Of a DNA stretch of 31,481 bases, positions 16,948 to 26,368 are shown one piece after another (the stretch's first letter is position 1; every line of letters begins with the position of its first letter). Origin of the DNA: Chitinivibrionales bacterium (lineage in GTDB: Bacteria > Fibrobacterota > Chitinivibrionia > Chitinivibrionales > WJKA01). The notes below the pieces were generated by a model that saw only the letters and a list, made by a program, of their open reading frames with translations, made no database searches and was not told the DNA's origin. The stretch covers positions 1 through 31,481 of the forward strand of contig JBBRUX010000044.1 in the NCBI GenBank assembly GCA_038247415.1, written 5' to 3'. A program made the position numbers and the translations under genes.

Positions 16948-18333
16948 ATGAGACGCATTCTAACGGCAATTACCGGGGTACTGCTTTTATGCGCCGCGAC
17001 AATTGCGATTGGTGATACCACCACAACAATGACTAAGGCTCCCGATTCTGCAACAGCTGCAGCACTCGTTGCCGCACCTGCGCCTGTTGCAGAGCCGGCG
17101 CCTGCACCCGAGCCAGCTCCTGTTGCGAAAATCGATACAGGAGATACCGCATGGATGATAATGGCAACCGCCATGGTTATGCTCATGACACTTCCTGGGT
17201 TGGCGCTTTTTTATGGCGGCCTTGCAAAACGTAAAGATATGCTCAATGTTATGGCAATGTCTTTTGTAACGTTTGCCGTGGTGAGTGTGTTGTGGGTAAT
17301 TTATGGGTATGCTCTCGTGTTTGGCACAGATGTCAAGGGAATTTTAGGCAATCTTGATAAATGGATGTTATCGGGCGTCACCGTTAATTCTGTTTCATAT
17401 ACCATGCCAGAATACATCTTTGTGGTATTTCAACTTACTTTTGCGGCAATCACCGTTGCCCTTGCAAGCGGTGCTTTTATAGAACGTATGAAGTTTTCGG
17501 CATGGATACTCTTTAGTATTCTCTGGATGACGCTTGTATATGTCCCCGTTGCTCATTGGGTATGGGGCGGTGGTTTTCTTGCAAAACTTGGGGCGCTCGA
17601 CTTTGCAGGTGGAACCGTGGTTCATATCAATGCTGGTATCGCAGCGCTTGTTGGTGCTCTTGTACTGGGAAAACGACGTGAGCCTGGCTTAAAGCCAAAC
17701 AACTTAGTGTTTGTTGTGACTGGCGCGGGACTTCTCTGGTTTGGTTGGTTTGGGTTTAATGCAGGTTCTGCATGTGCTGCCAATGGTCTTGCAGGGGCCG
17801 CATTTATCAATACCAATACTGCAACAGCTATCGCTGCGCTGTCTTGGATGTTTACAGAGTGGATGTATAACAAAAAGCCTACAATCCTTGGTTTGGCATC
17901 GGGTGCTGTAGCGGGACTTGTAACCATAACCCCTGCAGCCGGATTTGTAAATATTGGCGGTTCGATGATAATCGGTGTTCTGGCGGGCGTTATTCCATTC
18001 TTTATGGTTGCAGTTGTAAAACAAAAGCTTGGATACGACGACACACTTGATGCATTTGGAATTCATGGTGTTGGCGGTATCTTGGGTGCTTTACTAACAG
18101 GTCTTTTGGCTGATCCCGCAATCAATAGCGCTGGCACAGGACTTTTTTATGGTAACCCAAAACAATTCACCATTCAATTGATTGCAGTTGGTACAACGGT
18201 TGTCTATTGCGCACTTGTAACGTTTATTATCTTCATGGTTATCAAAGCAACGGTTGGGTTGCGAGTTAGCGCCGAAGACGAATCGATTGGTATCGATGAA
18301 TCTGAACATGGAGAGCATGCTTATAATTTTTAA
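16948..18333 (+). CDS. amtB: Ammonium transporter
   Basis: GDTAW, PGLALFYGGL, FQLTFA, DFAGGTVVH, LLWFGWFGFNAGS, DDTLDAFGIHG, GIDESEHGEHAY; signal peptide plus Pro/Ala linker; RBS GGAGG. Confidence 0.97.
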   Translation: MRRILTAITGVLLLCAATIAIGDTTTTMTKAPDSATAAALVAAPAPVAEPAPAPEPAPVAKIDTGDTAWMIMATAMVMLMTLPGLALFYGGLAKRKDMLNVMAMSFVTFAVVSVLWVIYGYALVFGTDVKGILGNLDKWMLSGVTVNSVSYTMPEYIFVVFQLTFAAITVALASGAFIERMKFSAWILFSILWMTLVYVPVAHWVWGGGFLAKLGALDFAGGTVVHINAGIAALVGALVLGKRREPGLKPNNLVFVVTGAGLLWFGWFGFNAGSACAANGLAGAAFINTNTATAIAALSWMFTEWMYNKKPTILGLASGAVAGLVTITPAAGFVNIGGSMIIGVLAGVIPFFMVAVVKQKLGYDDTLDAFGIHGVGGILGALLTGLLADPAINSAGTGLFYGNPKQFTIQLIAVGTTVVYCALVTFIIFMVIKATVGLRVSAEDESIGIDESEHGEHAYNF

Positions 18334-18381
18334 CCTCTCGATTAGATTGCGTTAAAAAGTTACCAGTCCGTCTCATACGTT

Positions 18382-18418
18382 ACAGGCAGAAATCGATTGC
18401 GATTTCTGCCTGTTTTTT
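18382..18418 (+). terminator. Intrinsic terminator after amtB
   Basis: ACAGGCAGAAATCG-ATTG-CGATTTCTGCCTGT followed by a T-run. Confidence 0.85.
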
Positions 18419-18464
18419 AGCCCTCGGCGACTATCCCCATTCTCCCAAGGTTTATTTTGTAGGT

Positions 18465-18896
18465 ATGGAAACTAACACATTACCTGAAATAAAACGGCAC
18501 GCACTTGGTTTTATAGAGATGGATTCTCAGCACGAGCATTTGTATGATGTGTTTGCTTTGCTAGGATCCGATGAAACCAGCACCTTTAATGATAAGCATT
18601 CGCCAATTCTAAAAGAAATTGAGAGATATTTTCTTTTTCACTTTGCAAGCGAAGAGTTGCTCATGCGGTCGTATGGCTTTAGGGGTTTTGAGGTTCACCG
18701 AGGAGATCACGAAAATTTTGAAGAGCGATTAGCAGCTTTTTTAGAACAATACGAAAACGGAGCGCTTAATCCACGATATCTGAGAGATTTCCTTACTCAG
18801 TGGTTATCGGAACATGGAAGTCAGACTGATGCTCTCTATGTTGCGTGGATATCAAAAGCTCGAGAACAGCTACGTGCTTTGAGCACTCAAACTTAA
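18465..18896 (+). CDS. Bacteriohemerythrin
   Basis: Di-iron ligand pattern MDSQH...HFASEE...HRGDH...WLSEHGSQTD. Confidence 0.88.
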   Translation: METNTLPEIKRHALGFIEMDSQHEHLYDVFALLGSDETSTFNDKHSPILKEIERYFLFHFASEELLMRSYGFRGFEVHRGDHENFEERLAAFLEQYENGALNPRYLRDFLTQWLSEHGSQTDALYVAWISKAREQLRALSTQT

Positions 18897-19969
18897 AAAC
18901 CTGACCCACCGGTTATTCCCATAGTATTACGAGACCCATCTGCATTATTGAATTTCCCGTTTGTCGAGCCAGTGTTGATGCACGGCGAATAGGTTGAGAG
19001 CACAAATCGGCCTGTGATTTTTGCATCTTTTTTAGACTCACTGTCGGGTTGCTTTTGGTGTAAAAGCTTTGCAATAGCAGGATTAAGAACTTGGGTGATA
19101 GTGGTTGGTGTACGAATATCGCGTTCTTTAGAAATCGAATCGGCGCTGCTTCCTGAAAAAATTGGGTCTGCAAAAATATTAAAAAATTGATCGCGCGGTG
19201 GATTCTTTGAATCCTTGGTATTGATCTTGACCAGTGCGCCAAGCGCGGGGTCGCAATCGATGCAATTCCCGTCGGCGTTGCCATAAAAGCAGGAATAGGT
19301 GCAGGAAAAAAGCGATACCCCATCGGACCAAATACCATTATTGCGATTGAACGCGATAATGCTATTAATAATTGTTGGATTAGCTTTTGTTATTTTTATG
19401 CCGCACGTAAAGTTTTGCGTAATTACAGTGTTGTAAATACGCATTGAACCCCCGGCTTCGCAATTGAGGCCAACATTGTTACGCTCTATCACGGTATTGC
19501 GAATAAGCGGTTTGCATGCTTTTGCCGTTATGCCAAAGCATGCCCCCGTAATATCTACAAAGGCCATTTCAGAGAGATCGTCAAACGATCTGTCGAATAC
19601 GATACCATACCATGTTGGACTTGAGGGATCGGTACTTGCTGGTCTAAAGGTAATGCGCTTGTTTGGTTTTCCAATACATGAGATCATTCCCTTTATTTTT
19701 ATTGCAACCATATGCGTATCGGTATAGTCGTATTGCACAATAGCTGTGTCGTAGACGATCGGTTTACCAATAAGCACAACAGTGCCTGCCTCGATGGTAA
19801 GACGGCACGTTGTGGCAATTTCAATGTCGTTCATAATCACATACGGCCCTTTACCTGCGGTCCATCGGGTGTTCTGACTGATAATGCCACTCACATGAGT
19901 TTCGGCCTGTAGCGAAACGGTAAAGAGCAGGCATAGGTAGATATATACACAGTGATGTGTGAGTTTCAT
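18893..19969 (-). CDS. Secreted right-handed parallel beta-helix protein
   Basis: Signal peptide ending LQA; LTIEAG...ITF...WYGI; N/I/G-rich repeats; ADPIF and SPCINTG...MGITGG tail. Confidence 0.75.
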   Translation of the reverse strand: MKLTHHCVYIYLCLLFTVSLQAETHVSGIISQNTRWTAGKGPYVIMNDIEIATTCRLTIEAGTVVLIGKPIVYDTAIVQYDYTDTHMVAIKIKGMISCIGKPNKRITFRPASTDPSSPTWYGIVFDRSFDDLSEMAFVDITGACFGITAKACKPLIRNTVIERNNVGLNCEAGGSMRIYNTVITQNFTCGIKITKANPTIINSIIAFNRNNGIWSDGVSLFSCTYSCFYGNADGNCIDCDPALGALVKINTKDSKNPPRDQFFNIFADPIFSGSSADSISKERDIRTPTTITQVLNPAIAKLLHQKQPDSESKKDAKITGRFVLSTYSPCINTGSTNGKFNNADGSRNTMGITGGSGF

Positions 19970-20928
19970 AGTGATGGTAGCTTATTGTTAAAGGTGTTCC
20001 ACAAGTAAATTTTTGCCCATGTGTCGTGTGGGAGGGTGATGGTGCCAGACATATGCGCCTGATCTGATGAGTCTGCTTTTTCTCCCGAAAGTGCCGCTAT
20101 GGCTCCCAGTTCCTTAAGGTGCTTGATAACCTGTATTGGCCGACACTCTGGACAATGCGTTTTAACTGCGTCAAGAAAAACATCGCCGGGGATATCTGTT
20201 TTGCCTCCATCGGGGTGGGTGATAGATGGGTAAAGCTCTGAGATCCCTTTCATAAGATCACTTTCCTTTTTGCCAATGGGCGAATGCTTATCATAGGCAT
20301 GGCGCATAGCAAGCGTAATAAACGCGACATAGCGAGAAAACTCTTCTTGGTTATCGCAGATAATGCGTGAGTGGTCTAGGTGAATAAAGTTATGATTGCA
20401 AAGAAATCCAATGCATCCGTTAAAACGTTCTTCGGAAACCCCCAAAAGTGCAATTTGTTGTGTAGATGCAATGGCAACAGAAAGAGACCCACCCGACGCA
20501 GCGCAAACATCCGGTTGACGGCCAAAACATTGACGGTACAGCAAAAGGATCATGGCGCCATCGATAGAACGTGTCGAGAGTGAGAGGGTTCGTTCGTTTG
20601 CTTTCCGAATTTTCTGGCAGGTCATGCGCACAATACTCATGTACCAGGGAGGTACTCCGCCAACTCGAGAGTGAAACGTTTCGGCGTCGATAATCGTGAC
20701 AAGCGAATCAGAAACGGTTTGAGCGGAGGCACTCCGAGGTTTTCCATCTATTAAAGCCATTTCTCCGAAGACAGCGCCTTTTTCAAGGATTGCCAAGTCG
20801 ATGTCGCCGCGCCCTATGCGACGGGTTATTTTTATAGTGCCCGATTGCACCACATAGAGCTCTCTCGAATGGTCGTTTTCGTGAAAAAGGTATGCATTGG
20901 CTTTAAAATTTTTGGAAACTGGCTGCAT
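19966..20928 (-). CDS. Cyclic-nucleotide-binding (Crp/Fnr-like) protein with an extended C-terminus
   Basis: LFHEND...LYVVQSG...GAVFGEMALIDGKPRSASA. Confidence 0.8.
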   Translation of the reverse strand: MQPVSKNFKANAYLFHENDHSRELYVVQSGTIKITRRIGRGDIDLAILEKGAVFGEMALIDGKPRSASAQTVSDSLVTIIDAETFHSRVGGVPPWYMSIVRMTCQKIRKANERTLSLSTRSIDGAMILLLYRQCFGRQPDVCAASGGSLSVAIASTQQIALLGVSEERFNGCIGFLCNHNFIHLDHSRIICDNQEEFSRYVAFITLAMRHAYDKHSPIGKKESDLMKGISELYPSITHPDGGKTDIPGDVFLDAVKTHCPECRPIQVIKHLKELGAIAALSGEKADSSDQAHMSGTITLPHDTWAKIYLWNTFNNKLPSL

Positions 20929-21004
20929 TGAGTGTCCTTGGTTGTGTGCAATTCTTTATTTTACGATAGACTCTAATAACACGCAAGTAAAAAAAGGTTT
21001 ACTA

Positions 21005-21850
21005 ATGAAATTGCATCAAGTTAGTCTGTGTTGTGTGCTGGCTGTTTCTGTGTGTATCATTTCCTGTGATATTGCTACCAAAAAGACCTATGATCTGCGA
21101 ATCAGGTATGCAAAGCCATCGACAGAGCGGTATTCGTTAGATATCCACAGTAACGACACTCTTTTTACTCGGGATACCACGGCGCCGGTTTCGTCGCATC
21201 TAAACGCTTTTTTAGCCTGTAGTACGCGTGTTCTCGATCCTCTTATTTTTAACGTGGTAGCGCAGGATGTGGCCATTTCGGGAACATTTGCGGATAGCTT
21301 ACTTTGTAAAGATATTCTTGGCACTCTTGCCACCCTAAGTTATACCTACGATGTCAATATTGGTGAGATCAAGGTGCTGGATACTGCTATGCTTGGCTTG
21401 CCGATGAGCCCACAAGGGGATTTTTTTAGAGCCCTGGGGCACGCGCTCCCGGCGCTTCCACAGAGCGCTTTGGGGTTGCATGAGAGCTATGATCGTGAAT
21501 CATTTGGCCCGTTGTCAACGCGATGTGGGGATGTAACGGCACGGGTATATCAGCGAGCAACACTCGATAGCGTGAACTCTTGGGGGCAGCAGGTACATGC
21601 TTATATTTCGTACCAATTTCGGTATAGCCTCGATGATTACGCGAACCTGGATAGTTCTCTTGTGGCTGGAATGCCTTCGGTTGGGATGGGGCAAGGATCG
21701 GTGATTGTCGATTGTACGCGGCATCGTCTCATTGCCGTGAATGGTACTTTTTGTGCACGTGGAGACGGGACATCTTTGCCGCGCATTTCGCGTAATGAGG
21801 TTATTGCACTCAAGCTTCTCGATTCGAATTCCCGGAGTACTAAGCCATGA
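21005..21850 (+). CDS. Hypothetical lipoprotein
   Basis: ATG at 21005 gives MKLHQVSLCCVLAVSVCIISC, with a lipobox-like IISC. The longer ORF start at 20897 overlaps the divergent gene. Confidence 0.6.
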   Translation: MKLHQVSLCCVLAVSVCIISCDIATKKTYDLRIRYAKPSTERYSLDIHSNDTLFTRDTTAPVSSHLNAFLACSTRVLDPLIFNVVAQDVAISGTFADSLLCKDILGTLATLSYTYDVNIGEIKVLDTAMLGLPMSPQGDFFRALGHALPALPQSALGLHESYDRESFGPLSTRCGDVTARVYQRATLDSVNSWGQQVHAYISYQFRYSLDDYANLDSSLVAGMPSVGMGQGSVIVDCTRHRLIAVNGTFCARGDGTSLPRISRNEVIALKLLDSNSRSTKP

Positions 21851-22548
21851 AAAGTTTAATCCAGATAATTCTGCTGGTACACATACTTGCCACAGCTTTA
21901 GTAGCAAAGCACTCTGAAGTTCATATCACAATCCAAAGAGACACCGTGCTTACGGGGACTTTGTTTATTGACGAGTGGACAACATTGCATATAAATGCTG
22001 GTGTAACAATTGCTTTTTCGGGGTATCAGAAGATGGTTATAAAAGGGGTGGTGCTTGCTGCGGGAACAGCCGAAAAGCCTATTACTATAACATCCGAAAA
22101 CAGACCTCATGGATCTCAAGCTGCCCCGGGATGGGCCGGGTTTATGATTGTGGGCGCAAAAGCTCAAGGTATGTTTACCCATTGCAGAATAGAAGGTGCT
22201 TATAAAAATATAGTGTACGAGGCTATGGCAATTTTTGATTCATGCGAATTTGCCGGGAATCATTATGCGCTTTACTGTATGAAAAAAGCATCGGCGCATA
22301 TTAAAAATTGTCGGGTGTATCGCAATGTATACGGAGTCGTTTCCGATTGTTCGTCACCCTTGCTGCTTGGAAATACCATCACGGAAAATACTGTGGGGCT
22401 CTATGTTCAGCTTGGATCTGGGTGCACTGCGGGCAAAAATAGTATTGTCAATAATGAAACAAATATCAAGTCAGAAAAAACCTTTGGTCCCACAAAAGAC
22501 GCCTTGTCGCTGCAATATCTTTGGGAAGTTATGAGAGATTTTTACTAA
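21847..22548 (+). CDS. Secreted right-handed parallel beta-helix protein
   Basis: Signal peptide; LHINAG...GTAEKPITITS...WAGF; repeats such as GNTITENTVGL. Confidence 0.75.
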   Translation: MKSLIQIILLVHILATALVAKHSEVHITIQRDTVLTGTLFIDEWTTLHINAGVTIAFSGYQKMVIKGVVLAAGTAEKPITITSENRPHGSQAAPGWAGFMIVGAKAQGMFTHCRIEGAYKNIVYEAMAIFDSCEFAGNHYALYCMKKASAHIKNCRVYRNVYGVVSDCSSPLLLGNTITENTVGLYVQLGSGCTAGKNSIVNNETNIKSEKTFGPTKDALSLQYLWEVMRDFY

Positions 22549-22557
22549 TCGTTAATG

Positions 22558-23382
22558 TCAATTATTTTGTGCGTGCTGTCGGTTCACTTCATACAACATT
22601 ATAGCGCTGGCGCAGGCAACATTTAAAGAGTCGATACTGAGGGCCATGGGAATAGTTACCGCGGTATCACACGTTGCAAGAATCTCTGGAGAGATTCCAT
22701 CTCCTTCACTGCCAAAGACAATACAGGTATTTTTAGAAAACTTTGTTTGATACAAAGAAACGCTCGGATCATGAGGGTGTGCTGCAATTATTTGAAAAGT
22801 ATAGTTTGATCGAAGAATTAAAAGCGATTCGCGCAGCGAAGAGGTTCTCACGATAGGTACTCTAAAAACTGTTCCCATAGAATTGCGAACTGCCCTGCGA
22901 AGATACGGATCGGCACAGGTTTCGCCAACCAGTATCGCGCTCACCCCGCACGCCGCACAATTTCTAACAAGCACGCCAATGTTTTCTGCATTGTCAAGTT
23001 TGTCGAGGGCTACAATTAAATGTGTTGAAGAAGGAGTGGTAACAGCCACATCAAGCGTTACCGTGTGGGGGAGTTTGGCAACCGCCATGACTCCATGATG
23101 ATATTGATAGCCAACAATGTTTGCCATATGGGTAAGGTCGGCTAAAAAAACCTTGATGGGTTCTGGCCGTTCTTGCAAAGCATCTTTAAAAACCTCAAAC
23201 CATTTTTGTGAAAAGAGAACAGAAACAAGAATTAGCGATGTGTCAAGAAATCGCCGTACGACTTTATCGCCCTCTATAACAAACAACTTTTTAGCAAAGT
23301 GTTCCTGTGGCTGTTTAAGTGTAGCATAGCATTCTAAATCCGGCGTGTTTATGGAAAACACTTGTTCTATACTTTCAATCAT
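22558..23382 (-). CDS. TrmH/SpoU-family RNA methyltransferase
   Basis: FVIEG, DNAENIGVLVRN, VRNSMG, VFGSEGDGIS, IPM...DSLNVACA. Confidence 0.92.
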   Translation of the reverse strand: MIESIEQVFSINTPDLECYATLKQPQEHFAKKLFVIEGDKVVRRFLDTSLILVSVLFSQKWFEVFKDALQERPEPIKVFLADLTHMANIVGYQYHHGVMAVAKLPHTVTLDVAVTTPSSTHLIVALDKLDNAENIGVLVRNCAACGVSAILVGETCADPYLRRAVRNSMGTVFRVPIVRTSSLRESLLILRSNYTFQIIAAHPHDPSVSLYQTKFSKNTCIVFGSEGDGISPEILATCDTAVTIPMALSIDSLNVACASAIMLYEVNRQHAQNN

Positions 23383-23589
23383 AATGCTTTATAAATCCCT
23401 TTGCTTTCTCTTAGTTGTGCTACTAGAAATACATCGTGAAGCAAACTTTTATCAAACTTTTAGGCAACAGGACGTGCATCGCATTTTTTTCGCTGTTTTA
23501 AAAACGATTGATCTTTCTCATGATGCATGGTTTATTTTAAACAAAATCTTTTTGCATGCCCTTATTCTTAATTTTTAATGGGAGATTAT

Positions 23590-25842
23590 ATGACGGTTTC
23601 TTTTTCGGCTCAAGATCTCTTTGTATCACCGTTTGGCAATGATGCTTGGTCTGGATCGATTGCAGAACCAAATAGTTCTAAAACAAATGGACCCCTTAAA
23701 ACAATCGAAAAGGCACGCACCGTTATTCGGTTACGCAAAACGCTAGGAGAATTTATCGGGCCCATGCGGGTGTATGTGCGGGAAGGCGAATATTCGATCT
23801 CCAGACCGCTGAGGTTTGAACCGCAGGATGGCGCTGTCTGCTACTGCGCCTATCCGGGTGAGAAGCCTGTGATTAGTGCTGGTGTAAAGATCACAAACTT
23901 TGCCGATGCAACAATCAACGGCCGCGCATGTTTTGCTGCAGACGTTACCGACATCATCGAGCGACAAGGTTTCTTCCATCAACTCTTTGTTAATGGACAT
24001 CGCCGTGACCGTGCGCGCTTGCCAAAAAAAGACTTTTATCGCATTGAGGAGATTCCCGAAAATCCCAACTCAACGCTCAAGCCGGGATCCTTCCGTTGCA
24101 AAAAAGGAGATTTCAAAAACTGGTCACGGTTTCATGATATTGAGGTACTGACCTTTAACCTGTGGGTTGAACAGCGGATGCCCTTGCTTGCATTTGACGA
24201 GAAAACCGATGTTGTCACCTATGCACGCAATTCTTGGCCTTTGCGTGAAGGAACAAATAATCAGTGCGCGCGTTTTATCATCGAGAATATCGGTGATGAG
24301 TGCACCGATCCGGGAGAATGGTACCTCGACAAAGCGACAAAGACTCTGTTCTACATTCCGGTAGCAGGCGAAACGCTTGCAACCCTCGACGCTGTGGTGA
24401 GCATGCAGGTGCGCTTTCTTGAAGTGATTGGGTCTGCAGACGCAAGTGCTTATGTGGAGAACCTCGGATTCAACGGCTTGACATTCAAGTATTCTGACTG
24501 GCGTCAACCCGCTACCTCTTGTTCGGAAGTAACATCGCTTGTGCTGCGGACAGATAAAGGACATCCCTTTGATGTCGAACGGAGCTATAATTTGAAAGTT
24601 GATCCGGTGGCTGGAGACCAGAGCTGTATCCGTCCGGATACCGGACAATCCTCCATGGGACTTCCCGGGGCCGCCTATTTTCAGGCTATTAAAAACTGCA
24701 GCATCGAAAATTGTGTTTTTGAGCATGTCGGTTGGCATGCCATCGAATTGGGCTTTGGCTGCAAAGGTAACCGGATCATCGGCAACATCATTAGTGACGT
24801 GGGTGGAGGAGGTATCAAGCTGCATGGTGAGAGCTCAACCGAGCATTCTCCTTTGTCAACTGGTAGGAATCTAATTACCGACAATCATATCCACCACTGC
24901 GGGGAGGTTTTCCCTGGTGCGTCGGGAATAATGGTGATGCATTCTTTTGGGAATCTGGTTGCCCATAACCATGTGCACGATATGTACTACACGGGAATTT
25001 CTGCCGGGGCAACGTGGGGATATCGGCAGAACCTTTGCTTGGCTAACCGCATCGAAAAGAATGTGGTGCACGATATCGGCAAAAAGGTCCTTTCCGACTG
25101 CGCGGGAATTTACCTCCTCGGAGTACATGGCGGCACATCGGTGCGCAACAATATTGTTTACAATATCACCAAGAGCGATTATGGTGCCTTTGGTGTGAAT
25201 ATTGACGAGGGGAATAAGCATGTGCTTGTTGAGGGGAACCTCTTTTTCGCGATACAAAGCCAGGCGTTCCATGTACATTATGGCGAGGAAATCATTATCC
25301 GCAACAATATTTTTGCGTTTGCCGGAGAAGGGGTAATTGCACTAAGCCGAGGATCGGACTGTCGATGGGTAGAAAAGGGTGCCGTGGGTGGCGGAGACAT
25401 AAGCATGGCGTTTACTTTTGAACGTAATATCGTGGTTGCCGACGATCAACCTATTTTTATTGGCGGGCTGGGGGATGCAACGGGGAATATAGATAAAAAG
25501 ACTTTCATCAGCGACCTGAACCTGTTTTTTGATGTCAACAAAAAGGAATTATATTTCGGTGACGGTGTGCATGGGAAATCGGGCAGAGAGGCTCTATTGA
25601 CAATATATAATCACGACCAGTGGAAGGCGTTCGGTTACGATCATCATTCTATTGTTGCAGATCCGCAGTTTACTGATGTTGCAAAAAACGATTACACCCT
25701 CAAAGCAACATCGCCCGCTTTTTCGTTGGGCTTTAAACAACTCGACATTGCCGATGCAGGTGTACGACCAGCAGAGAAAAGAAAAGGGTGGTTGCGTAAA
25801 GAACTGACAGAACTTGACACCGACAAGTTTGGGTACTGGTAA
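23590..25842 (+). CDS. Large right-handed beta-helix protein, GH141-like glycoside hydrolase
   Basis: FVSPFGNDAWSG...GPLKTIEKA, AYPGEKPVIS, QLFVNG, PGEWYLD, YTGISAG, LSDCAGIYLLG, IDEG, IVADPQF. RBS GGAGA at 23581-23585 favours ATG 23590. Confidence 0.75.
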   Translation: MTVSFSAQDLFVSPFGNDAWSGSIAEPNSSKTNGPLKTIEKARTVIRLRKTLGEFIGPMRVYVREGEYSISRPLRFEPQDGAVCYCAYPGEKPVISAGVKITNFADATINGRACFAADVTDIIERQGFFHQLFVNGHRRDRARLPKKDFYRIEEIPENPNSTLKPGSFRCKKGDFKNWSRFHDIEVLTFNLWVEQRMPLLAFDEKTDVVTYARNSWPLREGTNNQCARFIIENIGDECTDPGEWYLDKATKTLFYIPVAGETLATLDAVVSMQVRFLEVIGSADASAYVENLGFNGLTFKYSDWRQPATSCSEVTSLVLRTDKGHPFDVERSYNLKVDPVAGDQSCIRPDTGQSSMGLPGAAYFQAIKNCSIENCVFEHVGWHAIELGFGCKGNRIIGNIISDVGGGGIKLHGESSTEHSPLSTGRNLITDNHIHHCGEVFPGASGIMVMHSFGNLVAHNHVHDMYYTGISAGATWGYRQNLCLANRIEKNVVHDIGKKVLSDCAGIYLLGVHGGTSVRNNIVYNITKSDYGAFGVNIDEGNKHVLVEGNLFFAIQSQAFHVHYGEEIIIRNNIFAFAGEGVIALSRGSDCRWVEKGAVGGGDISMAFTFERNIVVADDQPIFIGGLGDATGNIDKKTFISDLNLFFDVNKKELYFGDGVHGKSGREALLTIYNHDQWKAFGYDHHSIVADPQFTDVAKNDYTLKATSPAFSLGFKQLDIADAGVRPAEKRKGWLRKELTELDTDKFGYW

Positions 25843-25846
25843 TTGT

Positions 25847-25879
25847 AAATGAGGGGAATGTATTCCCCTCATTTTTTTT
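25847..25879 (+). terminator. Intrinsic terminator
   Basis: AAATGAGGGGAA-TGTA-TTCCCCTCATTT followed by a T-run, right after the stop codon. Confidence 0.88.
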
Positions 25880-25903
25880 CGCCAAAATAATGGTAGAACT
25901 GTT

Positions 25904-25949
25904 TCAAAAGTACCCTTTGACCATTCTGCGGAGCTCAGGGTACTTTTGA
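25904..25949. repeat. REP-like palindrome
   Basis: Perfect 13-bp inverted repeat TCAAAAGTACCCT/AGGGTACTTTTGA around TTGACCATTCTGCGGAGCTC. Confidence 0.6.
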
Positions 25950-26179
25950 CTTTTTATTGCATACTGCTCGTCTAAAACCTGAGATCCGCGTTGAGTATGA
26001 ACCGCCCATAATTACAGTATTTAGTGATAAAAATAATTTTTGAAGTTTAATATTTATCATTATCTTTTTTGTAAGTCCTTGAATTTTAAGAACTTGAACT
26101 AAGTTATCGATTGCTTCGTAAATTCATGCAACACAGTTAATGTGTAGCATTGAGCTGTTTTTATTATAGATTACCTTAA

Positions 26180-26212
26180 AAAGCGTCTCGGCACTCCTGA
26201 GGCGCTTTATTT
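26180..26212. terminator. Orphan terminator-like hairpin in an AT-rich intergenic region
   Basis: AAAGCGTCTC(26180-26189)/GAGGCGCTTT(26199-26208), followed by ATTTGTATTT. Confidence 0.45.
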
Positions 26213-26368
26213 GTATTTATACTTCAAATATTACTTTAATCATCAAAAAGTAGAGCGAAACCGCTTGAAAAAGCTATATTAATATTATTGATCTAAACAT
26301 GAAATTCATTGTAAAATCAAACTATACAAGATACTTTGCCTCTTCCCTATTTTTACTGGAGCCGATCT

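Noticed and set aside
17071..17127. Repeat-like GC-rich tract in amtB
   Set aside because: It encodes a low-complexity Pro/Ala/Glu linker after the signal peptide, with varied codons; it is not a DNA repeat element.
24124..24825. 233-aa antisense ORF, and the other short overlapping ORFs in the track
   Set aside because: They lie within well-supported genes, on the opposite strand or in another frame, and show no recognisable motifs.
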